Assembly: GCA_964398195.1 (NCBI GenBank)
Contig: CAYNLW010000003.1
Location: 4,020-68,019 of the forward strand
Length of the DNA: 64,000 bases
Direction: 5' to 3'
Source of the DNA: an uncultured Methylophilaceae bacterium
Lineage (GTDB): Bacteria; Pseudomonadota; Gammaproteobacteria; Burkholderiales; Methylophilaceae
This document shows, one piece after another, positions 29,276-40,315 of this stretch. Under the pieces are notes generated by a model, which searched no databases, was not told the origin of the DNA, and worked only from the letters and a program-made list of their open reading frames with translations. The position numbers and the translations under genes were made by a program. Positions within the stretch are counted from its first letter, which is position 1. Every line of letters starts with the position of its first letter.

Positions 29276-30199
29276 TTAATGTTGCGCTGCTTGCGCGTCT
29301 GCGTCATTGAGTTGTTTCACCAGCTCTGTTACCACTTTAATCACCTCAGTTTGCCAGTTTGGAATAACGATGCCAAAGGTATCGCTAATTTTTTGTGTAG
29401 ATAATCTGGAGTTCATCGGACGCACTGCTGGTAAGGGGTATTCACTGGTTTTAATCGGTTTAATCTGCTCTGCGCTAATTTTGCTGTGCATGCCTAACTT
29501 CTTAGCGGTTTCCACCACTAGCTTGGCATATTCATACCAACTAGTTTCGCCTTCGCAGACCAAATGATAAGTGCCATATTTGCGGTAAGAGCCTGTCTCA
29601 GACAGTTGGCGAATAATTTCAGCTACCGCATCCGCTAGCAGCGCAGCAGAGGTAGGCGAACCAATTTGGTCAGCCACAATACTTAAGCGCTCGCGTTGCC
29701 GGGCTAGCTTAAGCATGGTTTTTAAGAAGTTTTCACCATGCACGCCAAATACCCAACTGGTGCGTATGATAATGTGCTTAGCCACCATCTTACGCACAGC
29801 ATCTTCACCCAACCATTTGGTTTTGCCGTAAACGCTGGCGGGATTAATCGCGTCTTCTTCGCTGTAAGGTTCTTGCTTCTTACCATCGAATACATAATCG
29901 GTAGAGAAATGCACCATAGGGATATTCTCGCGCGCCGCATAACGCGCCAAGGTCTTAGGCGCTTGGGCATTGATGTTATGTGCAATGGTAGGCTCGGACT
30001 CGGCTAAATCCACTGCGGTATACGCAGCCGGATTCACAATTACATCTGGCTTAAGCTTTTGTAGCATCTTCTCGATCGCCGCCGGATTGCGAAAGTCACA
30101 CTCTTTGACATCTACCCCGACCACATCGCCCAAGCCTTTTAGGCTGCGCATTAATTCATGGCCAACTTGTCCGTTTTTTCCGGTCACTAAAATTTTCAT
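29276..30199 (-). CDS. rfbD: dTDP-4-dehydrorhamnose reductase
   Basis: [19 protein letters not shown] and YGKTK motifs. Confidence 0.9.
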   Translation of the reverse strand: MKILVTGKNGQVGHELMRSLKGLGDVVGVDVKECDFRNPAAIEKMLQKLKPDVIVNPAAYTAVDLAESEPTIAHNINAQAPKTLARYAARENIPMVHFSTDYVFDGKKQEPYSEEDAINPASVYGKTKWLGEDAVRKMVAKHIIIRTSWVFGVHGENFLKTMLKLARQRERLSIVADQIGSPTSAALLADAVAEIIRQLSETGSYRKYGTYHLVCEGETSWYEYAKLVVETAKKLGMHSKISAEQIKPIKTSEYPLPAVRPMNSRLSTQKISDTFGIVIPNWQTEVIKVVTELVKQLNDADAQAAQH

Positions 30200-31266
30200 A
30201 TTGAGCTTTCTTGTTGGTAGTGATGATGTATCCAGTCTTTATAAGCGCCACTCGTTACCTGTTGCACCCAATCGCTATGTTGCAAATACCATAACACTGT
30301 TTTTTCTAATCCGGTATCAAAGGTTTCTTGCGGTGTCCAACCCAACTGTTGTTTGATCTTACTGGCGTCTATGGCATAGCGTTGATCATGCCCCGGTCTG
30401 TCTTGCACAAAACTGATTTGGCTTTGATACGACTGACCATCTGCTCTAGGCTGCAGTTGATCGAGTAACTGACAGATTTTTTTCACTACGCTGATATTGG
30501 CCTGTTCATTCCAACCGCCAATATTATAAGTTTCGCCTAGTTGGCCTTTTTGCAATACCGTTCTAATCGCAGCGCAATGGTCTAACACATATAGCCAATC
30601 GCGAATTTGTTGGCCATCGCCATAGACAGGCAAGGGCTTTGCGGACAAGGCGTTGACTATCATAAGGGGAATCAATTTCTCAGGAAAGTGATATGGCCCG
30701 TAGTTATTCGAACAATTGGTGGTTAACACTGGCAGTTGATAAGTGTGATGCCAAGCTCTGACCAAGTGGTCAGAAGCCGCCTTGGAAGCGGAATATGGGC
30801 TATTCGGTTGATAGCCATGCGTCTCGCTAAAAGGCGCTTCCTGTGGGCTTAATGAGCCATATACTTCATCGGTGGAAACATGCAAAAAGCGAAACTGATG
30901 TTTTTCTGCCGCAGGCAATGCGCTCCAATATTCGCGTACACATTCCAGCAAATTAAAAGTCCCGACAATATTGGTATGAATAAAATCAGCAGGGCCATGA
31001 ATAGACCTATCCACATGGCTCTCAGCAGCAAAATTAATCACAGCACGCGGCTGATATTGTTTGAGCAAACTGGCAAGCAAAGCCCTATCAGCGATATCGC
31101 CACGCACAAAATGATGCCCAGCATGAAACTCCAGCTCGGCCAAATTAGCCAAATTGCCAGCATAGGTCAGCTTATCCAAATTCAGCACAGGCTCATCGCT
31201 ATGCTTAAACCAATCTAATACAAAATTAGAGCCAATAAATCCTGCGCCACCAGTGACTAAAATCAT
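30196..31266 (-). CDS. rfbB: dTDP-glucose 4,6-dehydratase
   Basis: [21 protein letters not shown] and [12 protein letters not shown]. Confidence 0.93.
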   Translation of the reverse strand: MILVTGGAGFIGSNFVLDWFKHSDEPVLNLDKLTYAGNLANLAELEFHAGHHFVRGDIADRALLASLLKQYQPRAVINFAAESHVDRSIHGPADFIHTNIVGTFNLLECVREYWSALPAAEKHQFRFLHVSTDEVYGSLSPQEAPFSETHGYQPNSPYSASKAASDHLVRAWHHTYQLPVLTTNCSNNYGPYHFPEKLIPLMIVNALSAKPLPVYGDGQQIRDWLYVLDHCAAIRTVLQKGQLGETYNIGGWNEQANISVVKKICQLLDQLQPRADGQSYQSQISFVQDRPGHDQRYAIDASKIKQQLGWTPQETFDTGLEKTVLWYLQHSDWVQQVTSGAYKDWIHHHYQQESSI

Positions 31267-31276
31267 TGAAAAAATC

Positions 31277-32299
31277 CTATTCGGTGTTTAATGTTTTGCA
31301 AATCATTTCCCAGCGCCAAGCATCTGTCACCATTTGCGCTAAGTCTAGCTGTGTTTTCCAGCCCATTAGTTGCTCTGCTAGGGTTGGATCAGCATAGCAA
31401 ATAGCCACATCACCAGCTCTACGCTGAGTAAATTGATAGGCAACTTTTTGCCCTGTCGCCTGCTCAAAAGCCGCCACTAATTCCAGCACACTATAAGGTC
31501 TGCCAGTGCCTAAATTAACGGTTAGTGAAGTATTATTTTGTTGTATAAATCGCAAACACTGAACGTGTCCGGCGGCTAAATCTTGAATATGTATGTAGTC
31601 TCTTAAGCCAGTGCCATCAGGCGTGTCATAATCATTACCAAATACATTTAAATGACTGAGTTGTCCACTTGCTACTTTGCTAATATATGGCATTAAATTA
31701 TTTGGAATGCCTTTGGGGTCCTCGCCAATTAAGCCTGATGGGTGAGCCCCCACAGGGTTAAAGTAGCGTAATATACCCACCCGCCAAGCAGCATCACTCG
31801 CTTGAATATCTCGTAATATTTGCTCCACAAAATACTTGGTACGTCCATAAACATTACTTGGGGACAAAGGCATGTCCTCACGATATTGTCCCGTTGCGCT
31901 ACCGCCATAAACTGTAGCAGAAGACGAAAATAAGATTGTTTTCACACTAAACTTCTGCATCACTTTAAACAACGCAAGACTGCCACAAACATTTTGATGA
32001 TAATAAATTTCAGGCTTTTGCTCCGCTTCACCAACCGCTTTTAAACCGGCAAAGTGGAAAACAGCGGAAAAAGTATATTGTTTAAAAATAGTGTTGAGTA
32101 AAGCTACATCGCAAATGTCACCCTCAATAAAGCGTATTGATTTACCGCTAATCTGCTCAATACGTTGAACTACGCTAGCTTTGCTATTTGAGAGATTATC
32201 TATCACCACAATCTGATAGCCAGCTTGCAACAATTGCACCACAGTATGAGAACCAATATAACCTGTCCCACCCGTTACTAGTATGCTTTTAGCACTCAT
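31277..32299 (-). CDS. galE: UDP-glucose 4-epimerase
   Basis: [13 protein letters not shown] and [12 protein letters not shown] (YxxxK). 340 aa. Confidence 0.9.
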   Translation of the reverse strand: MSAKSILVTGGTGYIGSHTVVQLLQAGYQIVVIDNLSNSKASVVQRIEQISGKSIRFIEGDICDVALLNTIFKQYTFSAVFHFAGLKAVGEAEQKPEIYYHQNVCGSLALFKVMQKFSVKTILFSSSATVYGGSATGQYREDMPLSPSNVYGRTKYFVEQILRDIQASDAAWRVGILRYFNPVGAHPSGLIGEDPKGIPNNLMPYISKVASGQLSHLNVFGNDYDTPDGTGLRDYIHIQDLAAGHVQCLRFIQQNNTSLTVNLGTGRPYSVLELVAAFEQATGQKVAYQFTQRRAGDVAICYADPTLAEQLMGWKTQLDLAQMVTDAWRWEMICKTLNTE

Positions 32300-32697
32300 T
32301 AAAAATAATCCATTCCAGTAAATTTGCGTATATCGCGAATCTGCCGTTTGGTGGGTCTGCCAGCGCCGCGTTCGCGTTTGGCGTGGTCGGCTAAGCGGCT
32401 GATTTTGGCTTGTTCGCGTTTTTCTTGGCTTTGCTGGGTTTCTTGATACAGTTGCTGCGCCTCAGGGGCTGAGCGGCGAATACTAGACAAGGCCATCACC
32501 ACTACTTCGATATCGACTTCTTTTCTTTTGATATAAATGGTCGCCCCTATTCTCACCTCTTTAGCCGGCTTAATACGTTGTTGGTCTAGCAGCACTTTAC
32601 CACCCTCAATGGCATCGCTAGCCATGCTGCGAGTTTTAAAAAAACGCGCCGCCCATAACCATTTGTCCAACCTCACTTTAATCGCATGTTCAGACAT
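32299..32697 (-). CDS. hslR: Hsp15-like ribosome-associated S4-domain RNA-binding protein
   Basis: VRLDKWLWAARFFKTRSMASDAIEGGKV (S4 fold) with a basic C-terminal tail. Its stop overlaps the galE start (TAATG). Confidence 0.8.
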   Translation of the reverse strand: MSEHAIKVRLDKWLWAARFFKTRSMASDAIEGGKVLLDQQRIKPAKEVRIGATIYIKRKEVDIEVVVMALSSIRRSAPEAQQLYQETQQSQEKREQAKISRLADHAKRERGAGRPTKRQIRDIRKFTGMDYF

Positions 32698-32702
32698 GAT
32701 GC

Positions 32703-33917
32703 TTAATCCTGACCAAATAAATCGCGGCTATATACTTTATCTGCCACGTCCTGAATATCGGGGTGCATACGATTGGCTAATATCACATCTGCTGCTTGCT
32801 TAAATTGCGCTAAATCAGTGATCACCGTGCAACCATCGAATTGCTGTTGCGCCAATACTGGCTCATAAATCACCAGCTTAATACCACGCGCTTGTAGGCG
32901 CTGCATAATGTCCTGAATACTGGAGGCACGAAAATTATCTGAACCGGCTTTCATAATCAATCGATAAACCCCCACGGTTTTGGGTTGCTTGGCCATAATC
33001 GCATCGGCAATAAAATCTTTGCGTGTGGCATTCGATTCAACAATCGCTTGAATTAAGTTTTGTGGGATATCGCCAAAATTAGCCTGCAGTTGCTTGGTAT
33101 CTTTAGGCAAACAATAGCCACCATAACCAAACGAAGGATTGTTATAGAAGTCACCTATACGCGGATCTAAGCATACCCCTTGAATAATCTGCTGGGTATC
33201 CAAGTCGTGGCTAGCGGCGTAAGTATCCAACTCGTTAAAGTAGGCCACGCGCATGGCCAAATAAGTATTGGCAAATAATTTAATCGCTTCGGCTTCGGTG
33301 CTATCGGTGAGCAATACCGGAATATCTTGTCGCTTAGCGCCTTGTTGCAATGATGCAGCAAACTGCTGTGCTCGAGCTGAACGCTCACCCACCACGATAC
33401 GCGAGGGATAAAGGTTGTCATAAAGCGCTTTGCCTTCGCGCAAAAATTCAGGCGAAAAAATAATATTGTCGCTATGCATCTGCGCTTTAAGTTTTTTGGT
33501 ATAGCCTACAGGCACAGTGGATTTAATAATCATGGTGGCTTGCGGATTAATCGCCATGACATCTTGCACCACCGCTTCAATCGAGCTGGTATTAAAGTAA
33601 TTCGTCTCAGGGTCGTAGTCGGTAGGAGTGGCAATAATGACAAATTCAGCCTGCTGATAGGCTTGCTGCTTATCCATGGTGGCGCACAGATGCAAATCGG
33701 GCTGGGCTAAATATTCGCTGATTTCTTTATCTTCAATGGGGGATAGTCGCTGATTAATTAAATCCACTTTGTGCGCGACGATATCTAGCGCCAGCACTTG
33801 ATGATGTTGTGCCAATAGCACCGCCATGGATAGCCCTACATAGCCTGTACCCACCACTGTTATTTTGCTGGGGGGCAATGTGCTTGCGGGCGATTGGTGG
33901 GCGGCCGACTGATTCAT
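32703..33917 (-). CDS. ugd: UDP-glucose 6-dehydrogenase
   Basis: [15 protein letters not shown]-binding site and the catalytic-Cys motif [10 protein letters not shown]. Start placed at ATG 33917, forming an ATGA overlap with the moaE stop. The longer ORF to 33974 is rejected. Confidence 0.9.
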   Translation of the reverse strand: MNQSAAHQSPASTLPPSKITVVGTGYVGLSMAVLLAQHHQVLALDIVAHKVDLINQRLSPIEDKEISEYLAQPDLHLCATMDKQQAYQQAEFVIIATPTDYDPETNYFNTSSIEAVVQDVMAINPQATMIIKSTVPVGYTKKLKAQMHSDNIIFSPEFLREGKALYDNLYPSRIVVGERSARAQQFAASLQQGAKRQDIPVLLTDSTEAEAIKLFANTYLAMRVAYFNELDTYAASHDLDTQQIIQGVCLDPRIGDFYNNPSFGYGGYCLPKDTKQLQANFGDIPQNLIQAIVESNATRKDFIADAIMAKQPKTVGVYRLIMKAGSDNFRASSIQDIMQRLQARGIKLVIYEPVLAQQQFDGCTVITDLAQFKQAADVILANRMHPDIQDVADKVYSRDLFGQD

Positions 33918-34396
33918 TGCGATTGTTCCCAATATTGTTTGGCTTGCATATCGCTTGATTTGGCTTCTACCCAATGCTCGCCAACGGCTGTGTATTCTTT
34001 TTTCCAGAATGGCGCATCCGATTTTAGATAATCCATCACCATCTGGCAGCCATCAAACGCTGCTTGACGATGGGCGGCGGCGCTCAGCACTAACACAATT
34101 TGCTCACCTGCCGCCAATTCGCCTACTCGGTGTATCACGCTGACAGCTTGTAACTGATAACGCTGACTGGCTAATTCGGCAATCTTATAGATGCACTTCT
34201 CTGCCATCATAGGGTAATGCTCAAGGTGAATCTTGCTGATCGGCGCGACATCTGTTTGGCTTGATGGCTGGCCGTTATGCGCTCTAACCAAGCCGACAAA
34301 ACTCACCACTGCGCCTATATTTAGCCCAAGTTGATAGACCTGTCTTTGCACTTGCGCGAAATCAAAATCTTCGGTTTGGATAGCGATATTGATCAT
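33914..34396 (-). CDS. moaE: Molybdopterin synthase catalytic subunit
   Basis: MoaE-like sequence ([11 protein letters not shown]..., HRVGEL..GE). Start at ATG 34396, 1 nt after the moaD stop. The longer ORF to 34462 is rejected. Confidence 0.85.
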   Translation of the reverse strand: MINIAIQTEDFDFAQVQRQVYQLGLNIGAVVSFVGLVRAHNGQPSSQTDVAPISKIHLEHYPMMAEKCIYKIAELASQRYQLQAVSVIHRVGELAAGEQIVLVLSAAAHRQAAFDGCQMVMDYLKSDAPFWKKEYTAVGEHWVEAKSSDMQAKQYWEQSQ

Positions 34397-34397
34397 G

Positions 34398-34658
34398 CTA
34401 GCCCCCTGTGACAGGCGGAAAAAATGCCACTTCATCTTGTGGCTGTATGGTCGCCGTGTCATCGACTAATTGATGGTTAATGGCAGCGCGTATGGATTGC
34501 TGACTGGCAAATATCTCGCGCCAAACATCGCCACGCTGGGCTAAGAATAGCTTAAGCTGGGCAATATTGTGGATTTCATCGGGTAAATCGACCGCCTCGG
34601 TAGAGTAATTCAGCTTTTCTTTGACGCGGGCGAAATACAGGATTTGTATACTTTTCAA
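34398..34658 (-). CDS. moaD: Molybdopterin synthase sulfur-carrier subunit
   Basis: 86 aa, ubiquitin-like, with the diagnostic C-terminal Gly-Gly (..FFPPVTGG). Confidence 0.85.
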   Translation of the reverse strand: MKSIQILYFARVKEKLNYSTEAVDLPDEIHNIAQLKLFLAQRGDVWREIFASQQSIRAAINHQLVDDTATIQPQDEVAFFPPVTGG

Positions 34659-34668
34659 AACGCGCTCC

Positions 34669-36033
34669 TTACTCTGTATCTGGCCCGCTCAATGGGGGAG
34701 CAAGATTGGCTTCTACTACTTCATCTACCACTTCATCTACCGCTAGCGCCAAGCTATCTGGACTAGGTGCCAATTCCACGCGTTCGATTTTAGAAAAGCG
34801 TTGTGAGATTTTCTGCGTAGTAATGTGGATATCTTGCACATCATCATTGGCTTGTCGTATATGCGTGGCCAAGTTTTTCATACGCTTATCGAATAAGCCA
34901 AAGTCTTTGCTTAGCTTGGCCAGCTCGTCTTTAATAATATGCACTTGCTTGCGTGTTTCTACATCTTTTAGCACCGCTCTTGCGGTATTCAGCACCGCCA
35001 TCAGAGTGGTTGGCGACACCACCCAAACACGCTTATTCATGGCATGGTCTATCAAATCTCTGTGGTTGGCATGAATCTCGGCGAACACCGCTTCGGCAGG
35101 AATAAACATGACCGCACCATCCGAGGTGACATTGGGAATAATATATTTGTGTGAGATATCGTCTATATGTTTTCTGACATCGGCTTTAAATTGTGTTTGT
35201 GCGCGCTTTCTATCTTCATCGCTAGCGGCAGCATCGCTGAGTCGGTGATAATTTTCTAAAGGAAACTTTGAATCCACGGCCACCGTACCGGTAGGCTCAG
35301 GCAGGAATAAGGCACAATCTACACGGCTACCATTGGATAAAGTGTGCTGTATGGAATAGCTATCACTAGGCATAATATTTTTCACCAAGGCCTCTAACTG
35401 CACCTCGCCAAATGCACCACGTGAGCGTTTATCACCCAGCAAGGCCTGCAAGCTGACTACATTGCTAGTCAATCCATCAATCTTCTCTTGCGCTTTGTCT
35501 ATGGTGGCTAAACGTTCCATGACACGGACAAAGGTTTCATTGGTTTTCTTAAAGCCTTCGTCTAAACGTTCGGTGACTTTACCGCTAATTTCTTGCAGAC
35601 GTTCATCTACCACTTGGCGCAACGATGCCACTGTTTCGGTGAGCTGTGTGGAGGTTTTTAACATACTGCTTTGTATCAATTCTTGCTCTGCTTTGCCCTG
35701 CTCTGCCAAGGTGGTATGCAGTTTTTCCAATACTTCTAAACGGGTTTTAGCTAGGCTTTCAGATTGCTCCGCTTTCAAAGTATTCAGTGTATCTCGGGTC
35801 AGCGTTAGCTCTTGCGTGACCGCTTGGCGCAAACGCTCATTGCTCTCTTGCTGAAATTGATTAAAACGATCGCCCAAACGATTCAAGCCCTCGTTTAGGT
35901 CGCGCAGCATGGCGATATGTTTTTCTTCTAAGGTTTTGCTCAGCACATCGGCGCTATTTTGTCGTTGGCGCAAGACCAGACCAAGCAACAAAATGGCATT
36001 GATGATTAAAAGGATAAGAATGAATATCTGCAT
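34669..36033 (-). CDS. rmuC: DNA recombination protein RmuC
   Basis: N-terminal TM segment, a long coiled-coil, and the RmuC nuclease-like region VDCALFLPE...VAVDSKFPLE...FIPAE. Confidence 0.9.
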   Translation of the reverse strand: MQIFILILLIINAILLLGLVLRQRQNSADVLSKTLEEKHIAMLRDLNEGLNRLGDRFNQFQQESNERLRQAVTQELTLTRDTLNTLKAEQSESLAKTRLEVLEKLHTTLAEQGKAEQELIQSSMLKTSTQLTETVASLRQVVDERLQEISGKVTERLDEGFKKTNETFVRVMERLATIDKAQEKIDGLTSNVVSLQALLGDKRSRGAFGEVQLEALVKNIMPSDSYSIQHTLSNGSRVDCALFLPEPTGTVAVDSKFPLENYHRLSDAAASDEDRKRAQTQFKADVRKHIDDISHKYIIPNVTSDGAVMFIPAEAVFAEIHANHRDLIDHAMNKRVWVVSPTTLMAVLNTARAVLKDVETRKQVHIIKDELAKLSKDFGLFDKRMKNLATHIRQANDDVQDIHITTQKISQRFSKIERVELAPSPDSLALAVDEVVDEVVEANLAPPLSGPDTE

Positions 36034-36158
36034 GCCGCTTATTATACTCCAGCATCGCCTTTACGCTCGCGCCGAGATTGGCAAAATGGGCATGGAAAGC
36101 GCATGCCAGAATCGTGTAAAATTTAACTTTATCAATAATAATCATCCAGGAGAACGGC

Positions 36159-36896
36159 GTGAATATTCAAAGCCATATCGCAGATTTAAACACCCCTACC
36201 GGTGTGATGAGAAACTATATCCACCGCCCCGCTGGCGAAGGTCGCTTCCCGGCGATTTTGTTTTATTCAGAAATCTTTCAACAAACCGGCCCGATTGAAC
36301 GCGCCGCACGCTTTATGGCTGGCCACGGCTATGCGGTATTAGTGCCTGAAGTATTTCACGAGCTTAATCCTATAGGCACGGTATTGGGCTATGACGATGC
36401 TGGCCGCGACAAGGGCAATGCCGATAAAGCAGCTAAAGATGTGCAAGGCTATGACAGCGATAATCGCGCTATGCTGGAGTATGTCAAACAACAAGCTTGG
36501 TGCACTGGCGATATCGGCGCAATGGGTTTCTGTATAGGTGGTCATCTAGCGTTTCGTGCCGCCCTGCAGCCAGAAGTCAAATCCACTGCCTGCTTTTACG
36601 CCACCGATTTGCATACGCAAATTATTCCGAATCAAGCCGGCCAACACTCTATGGACAGACTAGCCGATATCAAAGGCGAATTACTGATGATTTGGGGCAA
36701 ACAAGACCCACATATTCCGGCGGCAGGACGTGCTGAGGTGTATGCCAAATTAAGCGCTAGCGATATCAAATTTACTTGGCATGAATTTAATGGTCAGCAT
36801 GCTTTTATGCGCGACGAGGGCGAGCGTTATGATCCACAATTAGCCGCTATGGGTTACCAATTAGCCTTGCAAATGTTCTCCCGCACCTTGCGCTAA
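36159..36896 (+). CDS. Dienelactone hydrolase family protein
   Basis: Alpha/beta hydrolase with GAMGFCIGGHLA (nucleophile-Cys type elbow). GTG start preceded by AGGAG. Confidence 0.85.
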   Translation: MNIQSHIADLNTPTGVMRNYIHRPAGEGRFPAILFYSEIFQQTGPIERAARFMAGHGYAVLVPEVFHELNPIGTVLGYDDAGRDKGNADKAAKDVQGYDSDNRAMLEYVKQQAWCTGDIGAMGFCIGGHLAFRAALQPEVKSTACFYATDLHTQIIPNQAGQHSMDRLADIKGELLMIWGKQDPHIPAAGRAEVYAKLSASDIKFTWHEFNGQHAFMRDEGERYDPQLAAMGYQLALQMFSRTLR

Positions 36897-36958
36897 AGCA
36901 ATTGCTAGCCAAGGCTATGTAGCACTAAATCTGCCCGACACTAAACAATCTGGGCAAT

Positions 36959-36989
36959 AAAAAAGGCGATGCATACATCGCCTTTTTTT
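36959..36989. terminator. Bidirectional rho-independent terminator between the convergent hydrolase gene and metZ
   Basis: AAAAAAGGCGATG-CATA-CATCGCCTTTTTTT. Confidence 0.6.
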
Positions 36990-36996
36990 ATGCCTG

Positions 36997-37028
36997 CTTA
37001 TCCTTTAGCGCACTTATCCTTTAGCACA
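36997..37028. repeat. Tandem 16-bp duplication spanning the metZ stop codon
   Basis: CTTATCCTTTAGCGCA / CTTATCCTTTAGCACA, with one mismatch. Confidence 0.85.
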
Positions 37029-38208
37029 AAAGGGCTAAATCTGCCTGCAAGTCGTCTATATATTCCAAACCCACCGCAATACGCAACAAGTTATCTTTGA
37101 TGCCTGCTTTTGCTCTTTCTTCAGCTGAGACGCGGCTATGCGTGGTGGTCGCGGGATGAGTGATGGTAGATTTGACATCGCCTAAATTGGCGGTGATTGA
37201 AATCATCTGCGTCGCATCTATCACCGCCCAAGCAGCTTGTTGCTCGGTTTGACCCGCTTTGCTTTTCACTTCAAAACTGACGATGCCGCCGCCTGCGCTT
37301 TGTTGGCGCATGGCTAAATGATGTTGCGGATGCGAGCTTAAGCCTGGGTAATATACTTTAGCCACAGCAGGCTGTTGCTCTAGCCAAGTGGCTAGTTTGA
37401 GGGCATTGTCTGAGTGCGCTTGCATACGAATATGCAAGGTCTCTAGGCCTTTTAAAAACACCCATGCATTAAACGCACTCATGGTCACCCCGGCCGTGCG
37501 TAAGAAGCCATACACAGGCTCTATCAAGGCCTTGCTGCCCAGCACCGCACCGCCTAAACAACGACCTTGGCCATCGATATATTTGGTCGCAGAGTGAATG
37601 ATAATATCCGCGCCCAAGGCCAGAGGCTGTTGCAGCGCAGGCGTACAAAAACAATTATCCACCACCAGCAAACTGCCTTTGCGGTGAGCTAAATCGGCTA
37701 AAGCGGCAATATCGCACACCTCAGTCAGCGGATTTGACGGGGTTTCTACGAATAGTAGTTTGGTATTGGCTTGTATGGCGCTTTCCCAAGCCGCCATATC
37801 GGTGAGCGAGACAAAGCTCACTTGCAAACCCCAGCGCTGCATAATATTGGCGAATAATTGCACGCTAGTACCGAATATGCTGCGCGAAGCCACCACATGG
37901 TCGCCGCTACTACACAAGCCCATCAAGCAGGCCAAGATGGCCGACATGCCACTAGAAGTGGCCACGCATTGTTCAGCGCCTTCCAGCGCCGCCAATTTGT
38001 TTTGCAACATGGTGACGGTTGGGTTGGTAAAGCGTGAATAGATATTGCCCGGTTCACTGCCGCTAAAACGCGCAGCGGCTTGGGCAGCGTTTTTAAAACG
38101 GAAACTGGAATTGAGAAATAAAGCCTCAGAGTTTTCGCCGAACTCGGTCATCTCGGCACCGGCTCGCACCGCCAAGGTATCGAAATGTAATTTGCTTGAT
38201 TTAGTCAT
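37021..38208 (-). CDS. metZ: O-succinylhomoserine sulfhydrylase (Cys/Met-metabolism PLP enzyme)
   Basis: HFDTLAVRAG at the N-terminus and the PLP-lysine motif SATKYIDGQGR. It lies next to purF, as in pseudomonads. Confidence 0.8.
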   Translation of the reverse strand: MTKSSKLHFDTLAVRAGAEMTEFGENSEALFLNSSFRFKNAAQAAARFSGSEPGNIYSRFTNPTVTMLQNKLAALEGAEQCVATSSGMSAILACLMGLCSSGDHVVASRSIFGTSVQLFANIMQRWGLQVSFVSLTDMAAWESAIQANTKLLFVETPSNPLTEVCDIAALADLAHRKGSLLVVDNCFCTPALQQPLALGADIIIHSATKYIDGQGRCLGGAVLGSKALIEPVYGFLRTAGVTMSAFNAWVFLKGLETLHIRMQAHSDNALKLATWLEQQPAVAKVYYPGLSSHPQHHLAMRQQSAGGGIVSFEVKSKAGQTEQQAAWAVIDATQMISITANLGDVKSTITHPATTTHSRVSAEERAKAGIKDNLLRIAVGLEYIDDLQADLALLC

Positions 38209-38255
38209 GATTGCTAGCTTTCTACTTATCCCCGCTGATTGGCGCTTATATCGGC

Positions 38256-39803
38256 TTAATCCACACTGACTTGCTCATCTGCGGTTTGCGATGAGACCAA
38301 GTTCAAATCCAGCTGGGTAATCGAATCGGTAGGTCGGTTTAATTTCTCGCCATCACCTCGCGCCGACTCGATGATATTTAAATAATTTTCATCAATATCA
38401 CCAGTGACATATTGGCCATCAAAACAGGAACAATCAAACTGTTTCAAGCTAGGATTGCTCATCTGCACGGCCTTCACCAAAGCTGGCAAATCTTGATATA
38501 TCAGCGCGTCTGCGCCTATCTCACGACAGATTTGCTCATCGTTACGACCCGTCGCCAATAACTCATGGCGGCTAGGCATATCGATGCCATATACATTAGG
38601 GAAGCGCACTGGCGGCGCTGCCGAAGCGAAATAGACCTTGTTTGCGCCAGCGTCGCGCGCCATTTGTACGATTTGTTGCGAGGTAGTGCCACGCACGATA
38701 GAGTCATCGACCAATAATACATTTTTGCCTTTAAATTCCATGCCTATCGGGTTTAATTTCTGCCGCACTGATTTTTTGCGCAAAGCTTGTCCGGGCATAA
38801 TAAAAGTGCGTCCGATATAGCGATTTTTGATAAAGCCTTCGCGATAAGTTAAGCCCAATTCATTGGCCAGTTGCAGAGCGCTAGGACGGCTGGTATCGGG
38901 GATAGGAATCACCACATCGATATCTAGATGCGACCAATCACGGCGTATTTTCTGCGCCAAACTCACCCCCATATGCAAGCGGGTTTGATAGACAGACACG
39001 CCATCCATTAAGGAATCTGGTCTAGCCAAATAGACATATTCAAAAATACAGGGGGTTAACTTAGCGTTTTTGGCGCATTGACGGCTATATAAATTGCCAT
39101 CCATATCAATAAATATCGCCTCACCAGGCGCCACATCGCGCAATAATTGGAAGCCCAGCACGTCAAGCGCCACACTCTCTGAGGCAACGATATATTCCAC
39201 GCCCTTATCGCTTTCCGCTTTGCCTATCACCAAGGGACGGATACCATGCGGATCGCGGAAAGCTAACAAGCCATAATTAGCCACCATAGCCACTACCGCG
39301 TAAGCGCCTTTAACGCGTTTATGCACACCAGTCACCGCATCAAAAATCATATCTGCGTCTAACACGGCACTATGTGCGGTTTGCTCAATCTCATGCGCCA
39401 ATACGTTTAACAATACTTCGGAGTCTGAAGTGGTATTGATATGGCGTAAATCTTGTCTAAACATTTCTTGTTTGAGTTGTGCAGCATTGGTCAAATTGCC
39501 GTTATGCCCTAGCACGATGCCAAATGGCGAATTGACATAAAAAGGTTGCGCTTCGGCAGCAGAAGAAGAACCCGCAGTAGGATAGCGCACATGGGCAATG
39601 CCGGCATTGCCTATCAAACTGCGCATATGGCGGGTCTGGAACACGTCCTGCACCAAGCCATTATTTTTGTGCATATAGAAAGTGCCACCATCGCAAGTGA
39701 CTATGCCTGCGGCGTCTTGCCCACGATGTTGCAATACCAGCAAACCATCATAAAGCAGTTGGTTGACTGGGTTTTTTCCGACGATGCCTAAAATTCCGCA
39801 CAT
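38256..39803 (-). CDS. purF: Amidophosphoribosyltransferase
   Basis: [10 protein letters not shown]-terminal nucleophile and the PRPP loop [13 protein letters not shown]. Confidence 0.95.
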   Translation of the reverse strand: MCGILGIVGKNPVNQLLYDGLLVLQHRGQDAAGIVTCDGGTFYMHKNNGLVQDVFQTRHMRSLIGNAGIAHVRYPTAGSSSAAEAQPFYVNSPFGIVLGHNGNLTNAAQLKQEMFRQDLRHINTTSDSEVLLNVLAHEIEQTAHSAVLDADMIFDAVTGVHKRVKGAYAVVAMVANYGLLAFRDPHGIRPLVIGKAESDKGVEYIVASESVALDVLGFQLLRDVAPGEAIFIDMDGNLYSRQCAKNAKLTPCIFEYVYLARPDSLMDGVSVYQTRLHMGVSLAQKIRRDWSHLDIDVVIPIPDTSRPSALQLANELGLTYREGFIKNRYIGRTFIMPGQALRKKSVRQKLNPIGMEFKGKNVLLVDDSIVRGTTSQQIVQMARDAGANKVYFASAAPPVRFPNVYGIDMPSRHELLATGRNDEQICREIGADALIYQDLPALVKAVQMSNPSLKQFDCSCFDGQYVTGDIDENYLNIIESARGDGEKLNRPTDSITQLDLNLVSSQTADEQVSVD

Positions 39804-39823
39804 AAATAATTACCTATCGTCAT

Positions 39824-40315
39824 TTATTCAAAATTAATTTTTTGCGCCAATGGGCTTGGCAACCATGGCAAGGCATTTAGCACCAGCGCCTCTAGTGGCG
39901 CACTCAGCAAGGCGGATTGCCACGCGGGCTGTTGTGGCAAGCTGGTTAATCCCGCCAACATCACCATCAAACAGGCGACAAATACCCCTCTAATCAAGCC
40001 AAAACAACCGCCTAAAATTCTATCTAACCAACCCAACCCTACCACCGCCACAACCTGCGATAAAGCGATAGCAAGCAAGGTAAAAATCAATAAGGTGGCA
40101 AAGAACAAGATTAAAAACGCTGCCAAAAAGCGCAATGACTCAGTAGGAATCGTATCTGGCAATAAACTGACTAAATCTACGCTATAACTTTTAGCGACCC
40201 AAAACGCCAATAACCACGCCAGCAGCGACAATACCTCTTTAACCAAGCCGCGAAATACACTGACCACGACCGAAATGCCTATGACAAAAAATACCACAAA
40301 ATCAAAGCTAGTCAT
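39824..40315 (-). CDS. cvpA: CvpA-family membrane protein (colicin V production protein)
   Basis: 163 aa with four TM helices, in the conserved position between dedD and purF. Confidence 0.85.
   Translation of the reverse strand: MTSFDFVVFFVIGISVVVSVFRGLVKEVLSLLAWLLAFWVAKSYSVDLVSLLPDTIPTESLRFLAAFLILFFATLLIFTLLAIALSQVVAVVGLGWLDRILGGCFGLIRGVFVACLMVMLAGLTSLPQQPAWQSALLSAPLEALVLNALPWLPSPLAQKINFE

Noticed and set aside
26568-32299. Impression that the sugar transferase and galE genes are more AT-rich than their neighbours (possible horizontal acquisition)
   Set aside because: This is only a visual impression. I could not compute GC or codon statistics reliably, so no claim is made.
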